Assembly (NCBI RefSeq): GCF_963921235.1
Contig: NC_086097.1
Coordinates: 92,506,001-92,570,000 of the forward strand
Origin: Mobula hypostoma
Taxonomy: Eukaryota
Direction of reading: 5' to 3'
Length of the DNA stretch: 64,000 nt
Made by a program: the position numbers and the translations under genes
The notes under the pieces: generated by a model
What the model saw: only the letters and a program-made list of their open reading frames with translations
The model's database searches: none
What the model was told of the DNA's origin: nothing
Part shown: piece by piece, positions 26,861 through 39,494 of the stretch
Numbering within the stretch: position 1 is the first letter of the stretch
Layout of the letters: the number at the start of each line of letters is the position of its first letter

Positions 26861-29410
26861 GTCATACCAGAATTTTACTTGCACTCACACCTGTGCACCT
26901 GTTGGTACTTGCATGTATGCGTCTGTATGTGTCTGCATACACACTTGTATATTTGTATCTGTGTGTCATAAGCTTTTATGGACAGTTGTGTGGCATGTGT
27001 ATGTTTTTGAATCTGAAATAGTTACATAACATTGGCTGGAGTCTGGAGTTCTTTGAGTGCAGTAAACATGTGCTGTTTAAAGCACTCGTCTCCCAAAATA
27101 ATCTGAAATTGGGCAAAGCTCAGCTCGAAGCACGCAACATCACACACATACTAAAGCAGGTCCTGTATGGTTCACACTAAGAGCACTGTACTGTGCTCAC
27201 AGCTGCCATGTCATTGTCACACTGACTGCTGGAAGACCAGAGTTTAAAGAACTCCCTTCATTTTACCAAGGAGAAAAGAGGGTAACTTCCTCTGTACCTG
27301 TATCTGGTTTCATCCCACATCCCAATTTATAGGTTAATTGTGTAAAATCTGGGGGTTCTTGTGGGAATGTGGAAAGAATAAATCACAGGGATAATTTGTC
27401 AATGAGTGGGATTGCTCTGTGTGTCAGCACAGAATCAATGGGTGAATGATCTCCTTCTATGACACACGCAGATATGAAATCAGTAGCTTTTGCATTCAGG
27501 GCCCACTTCAAAGCTGATATCCTGACTCGCACAATCTCTAGACTGACACTCTCTTACAGTCCAGACAGGAGTAACTGGCAGCTGTGCACCAAATCAGGGG
27601 ATGGTTGATCCAATGTTATGGTGGAGATGTAGGGTGTGTAGGTGCTGGGGAGAGGTAGGGTTGTGAAGGTAGGGATGAGGAGACATCAGCACCCTCTGCT
27701 GTGGTGGAGTTGGGGTGGAGGAGGGATTGGAGGCATTGCTCTTTAAAGCAGTGAGCGATGAGGGAAGATACTGGACCAAGGGAGCGATGGTGAGTGCAGT
27801 GGTTTGCTCAGTTTCAGGAGTGCCCATTAGTTAATTCTCCTGGAGCAGAGTGCCCCAGTTTCCCCTGTAATGCTTCAAAGGGTGTGTTGTAATGAGAATG
27901 ATATCATTCCATGCAGGCCTCCATCGAACATACAAGGGTGGCTCAGCTTAGAAGCACCAGTACGAATCTCAGAACGGATGCAAAATGACCAACTGGATCG
28001 CTGCCATCACAGAGAAAAGTGATTCTCAGTTAAATTACACTGAAAATAAATAAGATTCAATTTCTTTCAACTATCCAGTCATTTTAACTTTGCTCTTCAT
28101 TGAAGCTTCCTGTACACAGATGACTCTCCATACTAAATAAAAAGAGCATTGGTGAAGGGCATAAGCTTGTTCTGAGGTTGTAATGGTTGTTATTAAAATA
28201 CAAGTGATTTTTTTTCCATATGTAAATCCATGCAGGGAACTGGAGTGATACTGCTTTATTGTTGACTTTGATCTGATTAATTAATCCATCGTACGACTCT
28301 TAGCCCAGTTCCTAAAAAATCAATTCAATCTGAATCATCTGGACTAAATGATGTTATTTTATGCATATTCACTGTGGTATTTGCCTTGTGGGAAGTATTG
28401 AGAAGAAAGAGCCTGAATTCAAACAATTAGAGCTGTTCACTTGAACTGCACCTTGAACTCCGGAAATTAAACACGAGAAGAAGAAATGAATTATCCATTC
28501 ATTTGCATGCAGAAAGAGCAGTGGGAATGTAAGGCGCACAAAAGAAGTGAATTAAGGAGCAGAAATAAAACAGCAATGAGGCAATGTAATGCTTTGAAAG
28601 TGTTGTATTATCCAGCTATTTGAATTAAGTGATTTTGATCGAATGACCCATCACAAGTTAATGAAAATGTAATGGAAGCACTGACGCAATGTGGAAGGCA
28701 AGTTGTGTACTTGTTTACTGCCAGGACTAATTGTCTGGGACAGAGTCCTTGAAAACTCATATAAAGTATTCACATTACCGTGTAGACAAACATCAAATGT
28801 TAAAAGAGCCAACAGATCTGTCAGCTTGATTGCTTTTAGTGTCACTTAAATATTTGCTTTCATCATTCATAATGATGATCAGCACTTGAAATATTCCAAG
28901 TGTCCCTGGATGCACTGGGCATGTCCCCAATATTTCTAACTCACTTTCTGTCACACAGTTTCAGAGCAGCAGCGAAGCTTTAATGACTATATCTGTTCTC
29001 CTATATTGATACTATAATACTACAAGGCTGGACACATATTGGGGTTAGCACAAAGCACCTGTGCTGCTTGTCTGCAGAGATGATCGAGCCCAGTTAGGCG
29101 GGGCCAAAGTCATGGTAATTGCCTATAATTTAAAAAATTAGCACCTTGTTCTTTCTGAAAGTGCTTTAATAAAATAAATTGACTTAACTCATCTCAAGGA
29201 AGTCTTACTGGATAATAACTTACATGGAGCCACAGAGGAGATGTTATGTCAGGAAACCGGAAACTTGGACTTGGAGGTTGATTTTAAGGAGCATCTTAAG
29301 ATGAGTAAAAGATGGTAGAGGGGATGAAAGGCAGAGGGTGGGAAATCCACATTTGGAACTGAATGCATGGCTGCAAATCGGCAGAGAAAAGAGAGTCATA
29401 GACAACCAAG

Positions 29411-32150
29411 GTTCAAATCTCCTTTATTATCAAAGAATGTATAAATTATACAACCTTGAGATTTGCTTGTTCACAGGTAGCCACAAAGCAAGAAACCTGA
29501 AAGAACCCAATTAAAGAAAAAAAAGAATAAAAATAAATAATAAAAGACCGGCACTCGATGCACAAGAGAAAGAAAAAAAATCATGCAAACAACAACAGCA
29601 TTCCGAACCAAAATTTAGTCCTCAGATCCAAACGCTGGAGCAGTCCGGAGTAAGCCCAAAACTCGCTTATCAGGTCATCTTATCAGCGGGAACAGGGCAC
29701 AGCATCCGGGGCAGTCTTACATAAGAACATAAGAAATAGGAGCAGGAGCTGGCCATCTAGCCCATCAGTCCTGCTCTGCCATTCAGTAAGATCATGGCTG
29801 ATCTGACCATGGACACATCTCCACCTACCTACCTTTACCCCATAACCCTCTAATTCCCCTGCTGTGCAAAAGTCTATCCAATCTTGTCTCATAAATATTT
29901 ACTGGAGTGCTTCCACTGCTTCATTAGGCAGAGAATTCCACTGATTCACCACTCTTTGGGAAAAGCAGTTCCTCCTCATCTGCATCCTAAATTTACTCTC
30001 CCGAATTTTGAGACCATGTCACTTAGTTCTGGTCTCACTTACCTAACTTTCCTCCCTCTATCTTATCTATCCCTTTCATAATTTTATATGTTTCAATAAG
30101 ATCTCCTCTCATCCTTCTGAATTCCAGTGAGTACAGTCCCAGGCGACTCAATCTCTCCTCATAGTCTAACCCCCTCATCTCTGGAATCAACCTGGTGAAC
30201 CTCCTCTGAACCACCTCCAAAGCCAGTATCTCCTTCCTCAAGTAAGGAGAACAGAACTGCACAGAACTCCAGGAGTGGCCTCACCAGTACCCTGTATAGT
30301 TGCAGCATAACCTCCCTGCTCTTAAACTCACTCTCTCTAGTAATGAAGGCCAACCTTCCATTTGCTTTCTTGATAGCCTGCTGCACCTACAAACCAACCT
30401 TTTGTGATTCACGCACAAGCACTCCCAAGACCCTCTACACAGCAGCATGCTGCAATTTTTTACCATTTAAATAATAACCTGCTCTTCCATTTTTTCTTTC
30501 AAAAAGTGGATGACCTCGCATTTACTCCATCTCCATCGTACCCCATCTGCCAGACCTCTACCCACTCACTTAACCTATCTATACTCGTCTGCAGATTCTC
30601 CATATCCCCTGCACCATTTGCTTTTCCATTCAATTTAGAGTCATCAGCAAACACTATACTGCACTCAGTCCCCTCTTTCAGATCATTAATGTATATTGTG
30701 AACAGTTGCAGTCCCAGCACCGACCCCTGTGGCACACCACTCATCACTGATTGCCGGCCAGAGAAACACCCATGTATACCAACTCTTTGCTTCCTATTGG
30801 TTAATCAATTCTCTGTCCATGCTAATATATCACCCCAACTCTATGCGTCCTTATCTTATGGATAAGTCTTTTACGTGGTACCTTATCGAACGTCTTCTGG
30901 AAATCCAAGTAATTAACGTCCATCTGTTTCCCTCTATCCACTGCACTTGTTATGTCCTCAAAGAGCTCCAGTAAGATTGTCAAACAGGACCTGCCTTTGC
31001 TGAATCCTGATAGATGCATTTCTTTCCAGATGCCTCACTAATCTTTAATGACAGCTTCAAGCATTTTTCCAACTACAAATGTTAAACTAACTGGCCTATA
31101 GTTGCCTCCCTTTAGCCGACATCCTTTTTTTTTGACCAGTGGCGTGACATTCGCCTTCATCCAATCTGTCAGAACCTTCCCGGAGTCCAGGGAATTTTGG
31201 TAAATTATCACCAAAGCCTCAACTATTACCTCTGCCATTTCTTTCAGTACCCTGGGATGCATCCCATCAGGACCAGGAGACTTGTCTATCTTTAAGCCCA
31301 CAGCTTTGCTCAGCACTACCTCTTTAATGATAGATATTGTGTAGAGGTTCTCATCTCCCATCGCATCCATAAGATCTTTTTTTGGCATGTTAGATAGGTC
31401 CTCCACCATGAAGATGAACATAAAATAGTCATTCAAAGTCTGGGCCATTTCCTCATTACCCAATATCAATTCCCCCTTCTCGTCCTCCAAGGGACCTACA
31501 TTCACTTCATAGCGCCATGGAGAGAGGAGTGACCATCGCGGGAGAGCCAATGCAATCTGCTCTCATCCTGAACAACACCCTGTATTTTAAGTCCATCTGG
31601 GCCGGCACTTGAACGACAGAACAGCACCGTGGAGAGAGGATTGAAGATCGCGGGGAGCAAGCAAAATTGGCTCTCACCTCCGATCTGAGCTGGAGTTTAA
31701 ATTGTCTAAGCAGCAAATAGCGCTTCGGACCAGGACCCAGCTACAGCAACTCGCCCTGGGCCCAGGTACCGCCGCCCAGCTGGTAGCCTCTCTCAAGCTC
31801 TTCAGATCAGCTCGGCACCCAGAGCGATCCAACCTCACACCAGGGCCAGCAATACGGGCATTGGAACTTCTCTGCCCAGGCCCCAACTTCTTTCGGCGCC
31901 CAGAGCGATACGACTTCGCAGCCCGACAAACTGCATGGGGCATCGGAACGCATCTGCAACGATTATGCGTAACCCGACGAACTCAGCTCACCCCACCAAC
32001 TCGCCTCGCCATTCACTGTTTGCGGCAATGATTTAACACAATTTACCACAGAAAATATACATTTTGTGATGTTTTTAATCGGATTTCTTATCTTTTGGAC
32101 TACCAAAAGCTGTCGCACATGCTTGGAGGTGACATCTTAACCAGAAGTTG
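29411..32150 (-). mobile_element. Non-autonomous LINE-tailed retroposon interrupted by a CR1
   Basis: Rex-like 3'UTR from 29411; body resumes at 31508; GC-rich 5' part beginning cttctggttaagatg on minus. Confidence 0.5.
29719..31507 (-). mobile_element. 5'-truncated CR1 LINE, frameshifted
   Basis: KSPGPDGMHPRVLKE, NYRPVSLT, GVPQGSVLG, FADD motifs; acataagaacataaga tail. Confidence 0.92.
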
Positions 32151-32235
32151 GCTAAATGGAAATAGTTCTCAAATGTTAATAGAGCTAGAAGATTGAAAGA
32201 AAAGTACCATAGATAAAGGAAAGTTTTAAACTAAA

Positions 32236-33109
32236 TGTAACCAGGTGACCATTGGATATCATTTTTTATTGTCAAAATGCACTGACATGATAATGCTAAA
32301 ATAGCTGTCTGTTCCTTTAAGAGAAAATTGTTATTTTGCATGGGCGGAGTAGAAGAGTTGCCATGTTCTAGGAAGGATGACGTTCGAATACTTTTCCCAG
32401 CTTGGGTGAGAAAAGGTGAATAATATTTAATAATATCCATGTTATTTCATTCATACTTGTTTGTAAATCTAGAATATCAGTAACTTGACATGTTTTACAT
32501 GTGGATGCTTTAGATTTTCGCGAGTAAAATTGATCGTCACTGGAATCGCGTGATCACGAAGCTCCTCAATCGGCCTACAAGGTTAGTCTTTTTAGTAATT
32601 CAACTACAAGGCAATATATTGTCAAAGTTTATTTGTCTTTCGTTATCGTTTCATGACCGAATGTGAATGTGTTAATCTCTGTTCACGTAGCGTGACCAAA
32701 GTGAACTCAATTCAAGGTCTAGCCTAGATGTGTTTGGAAGTTATGCACATGTGTGCCAAATGTGAGTATATCTCTTAGTAAGATGAGATGTATTTATTCA
32801 TTTTTTCAGTCTTCTATATAAGGTACAGGGTTGGTGGGATTCTAACATTGGTTGTATTGTTTATTTTAGTATTGCCACGACCTTATTGGTTTTGTATATA
32901 TTGTTTTAGTTATTTTCATACTGCATACCTAACAAGGGTGTGGTCTGAAGTTAAACTGAGATTGTAACAGCGGGAACTTTTTTTTAAAATTTATTTTGCC
33001 GTTTTGTTTTGAGACACTCTTTCTGCATTAAAACATCTAAAACAGATAAAGGAACTAAAGACCCGAAAAAGTATTTGTTGTTCTGCCTGTGTATTTTCTC
33101 CAGGTTACA
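32236..33109 (+). mobile_element. Solo LTR, 874 bp
   Basis: TGTAACC...GGTTACA inverted termini; 4-bp TSD TAAA at 32232-32235 and 33110-33113; ATTAAA near 33027. Confidence 0.8.
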
Positions 33110-33595
33110 TAAATTTATTATCAAAGTACATATATGTCACCATATACAACCCTGAGATTCATTTTCTTGTGGGCATACTTGATAAATCCAAGAACCCATC
33201 GCAGAATCAGTGCACCACCGCACCAACAGGGTGCAAAACGCAATACTGTAAACTGTGCAAATGCAAAAAGAAAGAAGAAGAGTAAATAAACAATGGATTG
33301 AGAACATGAGATGAAGAATCCTTGAAAGGTGAGTCGATAGGTTGTGGGAAGAGTTTAGTGATGGGGCAAGTGAAGATATCTAATCTGGTTCAGCAGCCTG
33401 ATGGTTGAGGGGTAATAACTGTTCCTGAACCTGGTGGTGTGAGTCCGAGGCTCCTGTACCACCTTCCTGATGGCAGCAACAAGAGGAGAGCATGATCTGG
33501 GTGGTGGTGGTCCTTGATGATGGATAATGTGCCACAGTACTCCATATAGATGTGCTCAGTGATGGGGAGGGCCTATACCCATGATGGCCGTATTC
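33110..33595 (-). mobile_element. Rex1/Babar LINE 3' end
   Basis: tttattatcaaagtacatatatgtcaccatatacaacc shared with the 24250 copy; LLPSGRWYRSL-like C-terminus. Confidence 0.8.
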
Positions 33596-33739
33596 ATTAA
33601 GGAGCACTGAAAATAAAATACAGTATGCGTTTCTAGTGAGTTGGTTAATAGAGAAGTCAATTGAATTGCTGAATGTATCATCCATTTTCTCTTGTTATTT
33701 TACTAGAAGGAGAGAAATAACGCTGATGAAAAATCCTTC

Positions 33740-33910
33740 CTAACCTCCAGGCAAGCCAAAGCACATTTCAGACAATGAAGTGATTCCTGAATGTGCTCAC
33801 CATTGTGATTTACGATAAATCTTGCAAACAATTTGCACAAATCAAGGTACGTTAAACAGCAGAAAAGAAAATAAGCAAAAATCAGTTTTATGCAAAGTGA
33901 GGGACAAAGA
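33740..33910 (-). mobile_element. Deu-domain SINE relic (SacSINE1/AmnSINE1-like)
   Basis: caatgaagtga...caccattgtga...caatttgcaca...acagca resembles the DeuSINE consensus from memory; similar relic near 35800-36080. Confidence 0.35.
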
Positions 33911-34984
33911 TTTCTAGTACACTGGAGTCCCCTTAAATTGTAAAACTACATGACCCTGTTAATCATTATAGTGAGCAGGTGGGAGAATTGATAAGGTGAA
34001 TTCTGTAGTGTTTTTATTCTTGCCGGCACAGAGGCTAGCTGACTTACTGCACAGTTCCAGAACTGTCTGTTTTTATTTCAGATATATTTTTGGGCTTGTA
34101 TTGCACATTTTATAACCTCAGGGCATTCCACTTCCGAGCTGGTGTCACCTTTATAACAATGGCCAGTTTACCTGTTGCTACAGATAGCAATAGAACAGAC
34201 AAAACTGCCTGCATTGCTGTGATTAAAGAATAACTACAGTGTTGGCTAAAACACTGGCAAAAAGTGTTCTGTTCCCCACATTAGTATGATAGGAACTTTT
34301 CTTTACACAGAAGACAAATCTTCAAAGAGTTCATCTTAAAGTCTGCACCACTCCCTTTGCAGGGTGTCAGCCAAGAATGCGTACAGTACTCTTTTGCACA
34401 ACAGGTCTCAAATCTAATGCCCTCCGACTCCAACATGGGAATGTTACCACAGAGCCAGAACAGAGATGGGAACAAAGGTCTGTGAGGTTGGCTGAGAAAT
34501 TAAACTATCATTAAAAAGTATTCCCCTGTACATAAAAGCACAACTGCCAACAAATAGAACAACTACTAAAGGTAGCTGGAATTGCTAATACTGGAATGTA
34601 TAGAGGATACTTGTAGCTGAGATTTTACTTGCTTTGCAAATCAGAAAGCAAACCAAACACACTGTTCCCTCCCACAAAGCCCTCAGAGTCAAATTTACAG
34701 ACAAAGGAGCTGATAAGCCAACCAAATTCTCCCAGAGCTGCTCTAAGGTTATGACCATTTTTGTAGAAAATGATCTGGTAGTCTGAGGTGTTTGGGCTGG
34801 TCTTTATTTAGGTGAAGTGCTTCAAAAAAATGGAGATCTGTGAGCATCCAACTCCACGTATCCTGGCTGGTTACAGGAAATTCCCGGGAAGGAGATGTTC
34901 CTTTATTTTCTGTGGAAAGGAAAGAAATTGGCCTCTGAATTTCACAGCTGTTTCATATCAGGTTATAGGAGGGCTACTGGAATA

Positions 34985-35040
34985 CAGTACTGTGCAAAAG
35001 TTCTACGCATGTACTGTGTGTAGGATTGTGTGTATGTATG

Positions 35041-35086
<46 letters not shown>

Positions 35087-35600
35087 TGTAGAGTACTGTA
35101 CGTATGTTGGAAACGATGAGGCTGGAGTGCAGCAGGAAACGTTTGGGACAGGTGACAGAAGGAGTGCAGAAGTGCCAGGGGCGAGGGAAAGTGGCACGAG
35201 TGCGAACTCACCTCACCCTGAGACACCACGCAAGGTTATTTGATTCCAAGCGATTAGTTTATTGGTCAATACAACATGTCTCTGGTATTTCCCACTCACT
35301 CTCCTCTCACTTCCCCTTTTCCCAAACATGATTCTCTTCTCCCTTTACCCTTCCCCCTCTCAGTCCACAATTGAAACCCATATCAGAATCAGGTTCATCA
35401 TTGCTCAACTACGTCATGAAATCTGGTTTTTTGTCCGGCAGTGGGACAGTGCAATACATAAAATTATTTCCACATAAAATTACATCACTGTTGATGTGTC
35501 TGAGTGTATTGCAAGATATATTATTCTATTTATTGGTGCTGTGCAAAAGTCTTAGGCACCCTAGCTTTGTATATGAGCCTAAGAGTTTTGAACAATACTG
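34985..35600. mobile_element. Tc1/mariner-type non-autonomous element (MITE)
   Basis: TA-CAGTACTGTGCAAAAGT ... AGTTTTGAACAATACTG-TA degenerate TIRs with TA flanks. Confidence 0.65.
35043..35084. repeat. (TG)21 microsatellite
   Basis: Directly visible. Confidence 0.98.
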
Positions 35601-36140
35601 TAAATTACATGGGATGCATTTTATATTAACGGTTCCCTGCATGACTTTGGGAAATCTTAAGATCCTGCCTCTAAGTCGATTAAGTACTTCTGTTTTAGGA
35701 GTTTAGGTGGCCCTATTGGAGTAACGAGTCAAAGTCTCCAAAATGTCTTTTGACAGATTATGACATAGGCAAGGATCAAACAAATAAAGAAATTAATTGC
35801 TCCCATAGCACTTTCCATCACCGTAAATGGCTTTACAGCCACTGAAGTAATTTCAGAGGAAAGTCTATTCAAGAAACTAAGAAATGGAGCTGTCAATTTC
35901 TAATCTGCAAGATCCCACAAAAAGCTGTTGGAAAAACTGCCAGGTTGCATCCTTCAGACATTGCTCAATGGATAAATGTAGGAATGACAACAGTGTCATT
36001 TTATCTTACCCATTCAGCTGCAGAGGTCAACAGTACTTCAACTTGATGTCTTGTCAGAAAGATGAAGCAGCTTCAAGTGAATGATCTTTAATCAGGATGG
36101 GAAAAGTTTAAGTTTTAAGTTGTAGAAAGAGCGGAGCAGG

Positions 36141-36394
36141 GAAGAAAATACAAAGATCAATGCTGAATGAAGCAGAGATTAAAATATCTGAAAGAAAATA
36201 CAAAGATCAATGCTGAATGAAGCAGAGATTAAAATATCTGGAAGAAAATACAAAGATCAATGCTGAATGAAGCAGAGATTAAAATATCTGGAAGAAAATA
36301 CAAAGATCAATGCTGAATGAAGCAGAGATTAAAATATCTGAAAGAAAATACAAAGATCAATGCAGGGTGAAGCAGAGATTAAAACATCTGGAAG
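36141..36394. repeat. Minisatellite, 5 x 50 bp
   Basis: Unit RAAGAAAATACAAAGATCAATGCTGAATGAAGCAGAGATTAAAATATCTG at 36141, 36191, 36241, 36291, 36341. Confidence 0.97.
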
Positions 36395-36619
36395 CTTACG
36401 CGTATACTTTTATAATGAATAAGATGTTCTCTGAATCATTCACCCAATAATCCTCTTATTGTGTCAGCAGATATGCCATATGGAATGAAGTACAGTTTTG
36501 GGGCCTGGAAGAGGAGGCAGGACGGAGGTTAAAAAGACAGATGTGATATATCTGTTGAAGGAAGCAGAGGGGATGTTGGTGGCAACTGAGAAGATCCAGG
36601 CATGACAGAATAAACAGTT

Positions 36620-36905
36620 AGCACAGTGGCAGAGCTGGTAGGGCTGCAGCCTCGACACTCCAGACACCCAGATTCAACCTGACCTCTGGTGGTGATTACG
36701 TGCCGATTGCAGGTTTGTCCTTCGAACATGTGGGTCTCCTCTAGGTGCTCTGGTTTCCTCACACAACCCAATTAACCTTTGTGTGTAGATGAGTATTAGA
36801 GTCTGGGGGAGAACTGAAGAGCAAGTTGAGAAAACTGATGAGTGTAACTGGATGCTTAATGGTCAGTGTGAACTCAATTGGCCAGAAGATGTGTTTCCAG
36901 GCTGC
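36620..36905 (+). mobile_element. tRNA-derived V-SINE (HE1-like), decayed
   Basis: A-box-like gtggcagagctgg; V-domain gtgggtctcctctaggtgctctggtttcctcacaca; CR1-like 3' end. Confidence 0.7.
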
Positions 36906-37557
36906 ATAGCTCAATGTCCCCTAAGTCCCTTCAGAATACTGAAAGAGGATGGGAGAGAGTGGTGTCTTTTCTTATGCCATCACACTAGAGGTGCCAAGAT
37001 GGTCCACTAGTGTACATTTTGGTGGGATTGACTGTGTGTTGAAAGGAGGGAATGTAGGTAGCTGTGGGAATCATTGAGCACTGTGGACTGTGGTCACTCT
37101 CCTACTCCAGAGAAGGAAATCAAAAGACACAGAAAGAAAATGAAAGGGGGGACTGCTCAAAGTTGAGGTAAAAATGGAGTTGGGGAAAGTACAATCCCAT
37201 TATCCATGTAAGCAAGACAACCCAACTAAAAATGAAGGAGCCAATGTTGCGCAGATCACGCTAGGAATAGAAATATGGACTCTTATGGGTTCCCATGACA
37301 ACAACTTGGAAAAAATTGGATATCTGAAGTTACTCAATCAATACTAATTCTTGTCAGCACCAACTTGAACTCCAATCCAATTTTACAGACAATGTAATTC
37401 CTCCCTTGATACCATTGTCCATTCTATTTCAACTTCACTATCCTTATTCCAAAAATGTTAAATCACTATTGAAGGAAAGCTGATCAGGATTTTAACTAGG
37501 TGGCAATGAAGTTTTTAAATACATAAACAACCTCCAAATACCTGATGCCCAATCTAT

Positions 37558-38000
37558 TGTAATGCCCTGGTTAAGAACTGCTATGTTGTAGGTATTTCAT
37601 TTTAGCAGTTCTTTAAGAGCGGTCTGTTCTGCTGTCAGCCTGTTTGGGTTTGAGCTGAGATAAGGGGCTTTGTTGCTCAACTTAGGAATGTGGTGTCAGC
37701 CGATCAGGATGGTAGAATTAGGAGAAGGGTTTAGAGAGCGCTGGGCAAAGAGGTTTTAGTGAGGGACATTGGTGTGAGTTGAGGTCTTTTTGGCAGCTGG
37801 AGAATTCAAGGAAGATGGCTAAAGATGTCATCCCTGTTGCACAAGGCGTTTTGTGCAGATGAATGGCTTCAAGGAGGAAGGACCAATACTCCCATGGGAG
37901 AGCCCGTTTGATCAAGATGGATTTCAGGCGACATTCAGAAGGTGGTGTGTGCTTTCACGCAGACTGCAGGTCCACTGTATGAGTTAAAAGAAGTGACGAA
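37558..38000 (+). mobile_element. Possible 5' part of an LTR
   Basis: Starts TGTAA with LTR-like composition; no matching 3' terminus or TSD found. Confidence 0.3.
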
Positions 38001-39494
38001 ACAGATGGCAGAGGAAGGAGGGACCAGGAGAGTTGTTTGGAAGGGTGAGTCGGAAGATAGTGAGAAGAGGAGGGAATGTTCTCAGGAGAGACTGGGTCCT
38101 TCTGTACATGGGCAGCAGGTGAATCCTGGTTTAATGTAGAAGTAGATGTTCCGTGCTGCCATACCTGCCTTGTCATGCCTCTGATCAGCTGTTCTGAGAA
38201 CAGGCTTTTAATCAGCCACACTTCAAGTTTGTACACCTCTGTGGAACTGCACAAAACTAGCAAGCTAGAAGGGATTGTGTCACCCAAGTCCAGCTGCGCT
38301 TAACAGCAGAACTCCACTGCAAATTTAGTCTTTTGCTTGTCATCTGGCAATTAGCCATATCAGCAGGCAGGCCGGTCGCTGCCCAGGAAAGTTAGGGGTA
38401 GAAGGCCACAACAAGGGGTGGAGTTGAAATCAGGTGGAAGGGGTAACATCAAATACTAAAGCTCTATATGGAAAATATCAGGCTGAAGGGTCTCAGGTCA
38501 GTGCTGGGGTCAGACACATCTCCCTGTGTTCCATCTGGCTTTACCTAATACTAGCAACAGCTTGCATGCTGGTTCCTCTACATGTCTGTTATTCCCATTA
38601 AGACCAATTGGTTTTAATCAATACAACTCAATATAGAAAAGCCTTTTGGAGTCATTACCCTAACCATTTAGCTAATGAATAGCTCACAGACACAACTGTG
38701 CCTCTGCTTGATGCAAATGTTTGTTGCTTGCTTGCATTTGTCAGCCAAGAGAATCCCTGGCAAAGGGCCAGGACTGTGCAAAATGAGCCAGTGATATCTG
38801 GACTGCATTTCATGTCTGACCTTGGCAAATTTAGACAAGTTGAGAAACACAATGAAAATTCCAAGTAAACCACCAAGTATAAATCTAATAAACTCCACCA
38901 TTACTTAAAAAGAAAAGGCTTTGGCATCGTCTATTGAAAATCCAATCATACTGTCGTAAAACCATGACCTTCATCTGAACAGGGATTAATACGACATTTG
39001 CTCAGTTCCATGCACAAGCCTGTCATTTCTGATTAAACCCTAATTAGCAGATTAGACAATTGTAGAAAGTCTGAAAACTAGAGCTTTGTAGAGTGCAGAG
39101 AACTTCATTATCCATTCTCATCTCCTCCTGCGACCTTGCCCATCAGTTTAAACCAATCCTGTCTGGCACGTCAGACATCCCATCCCTTGTAGGGTGCAGT
39201 GAACTTCATCGCTGATTCTCTGTCTCCTCCCATGTCCTTGACCATCATTATAAACCAATCCTTAATGGCACCTCAGACATCCCACCTTTATAGAATATGG
39301 ACCTTAATTAACTTTCCGAAGATTTATTGGGTCCTTTCCTCATCAATACACATCAACTTATATAGTCATATCTTAAGTTTGTTTGATAAATTTGTGATGA
39401 TTGAAATCTTAAATGTGCCTAATGGGAATTCTGAAATCAGTGAGTGGTTGTTCCTCTAAACGGTGCCAGTTTGACAGATAGTGCTATTCCTCAT

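Noticed and set aside
27917..28020. Possible plus-strand exon after tccatgcag
   Set aside because: No recognisable peptide and a weak donor site
34812..35243. 143-aa ORF
   Set aside because: Runs through the (TG)n microsatellite and a MITE
36620..36700. tRNA gene
   Set aside because: Degenerate SINE head without a cloverleaf, followed by a V-domain
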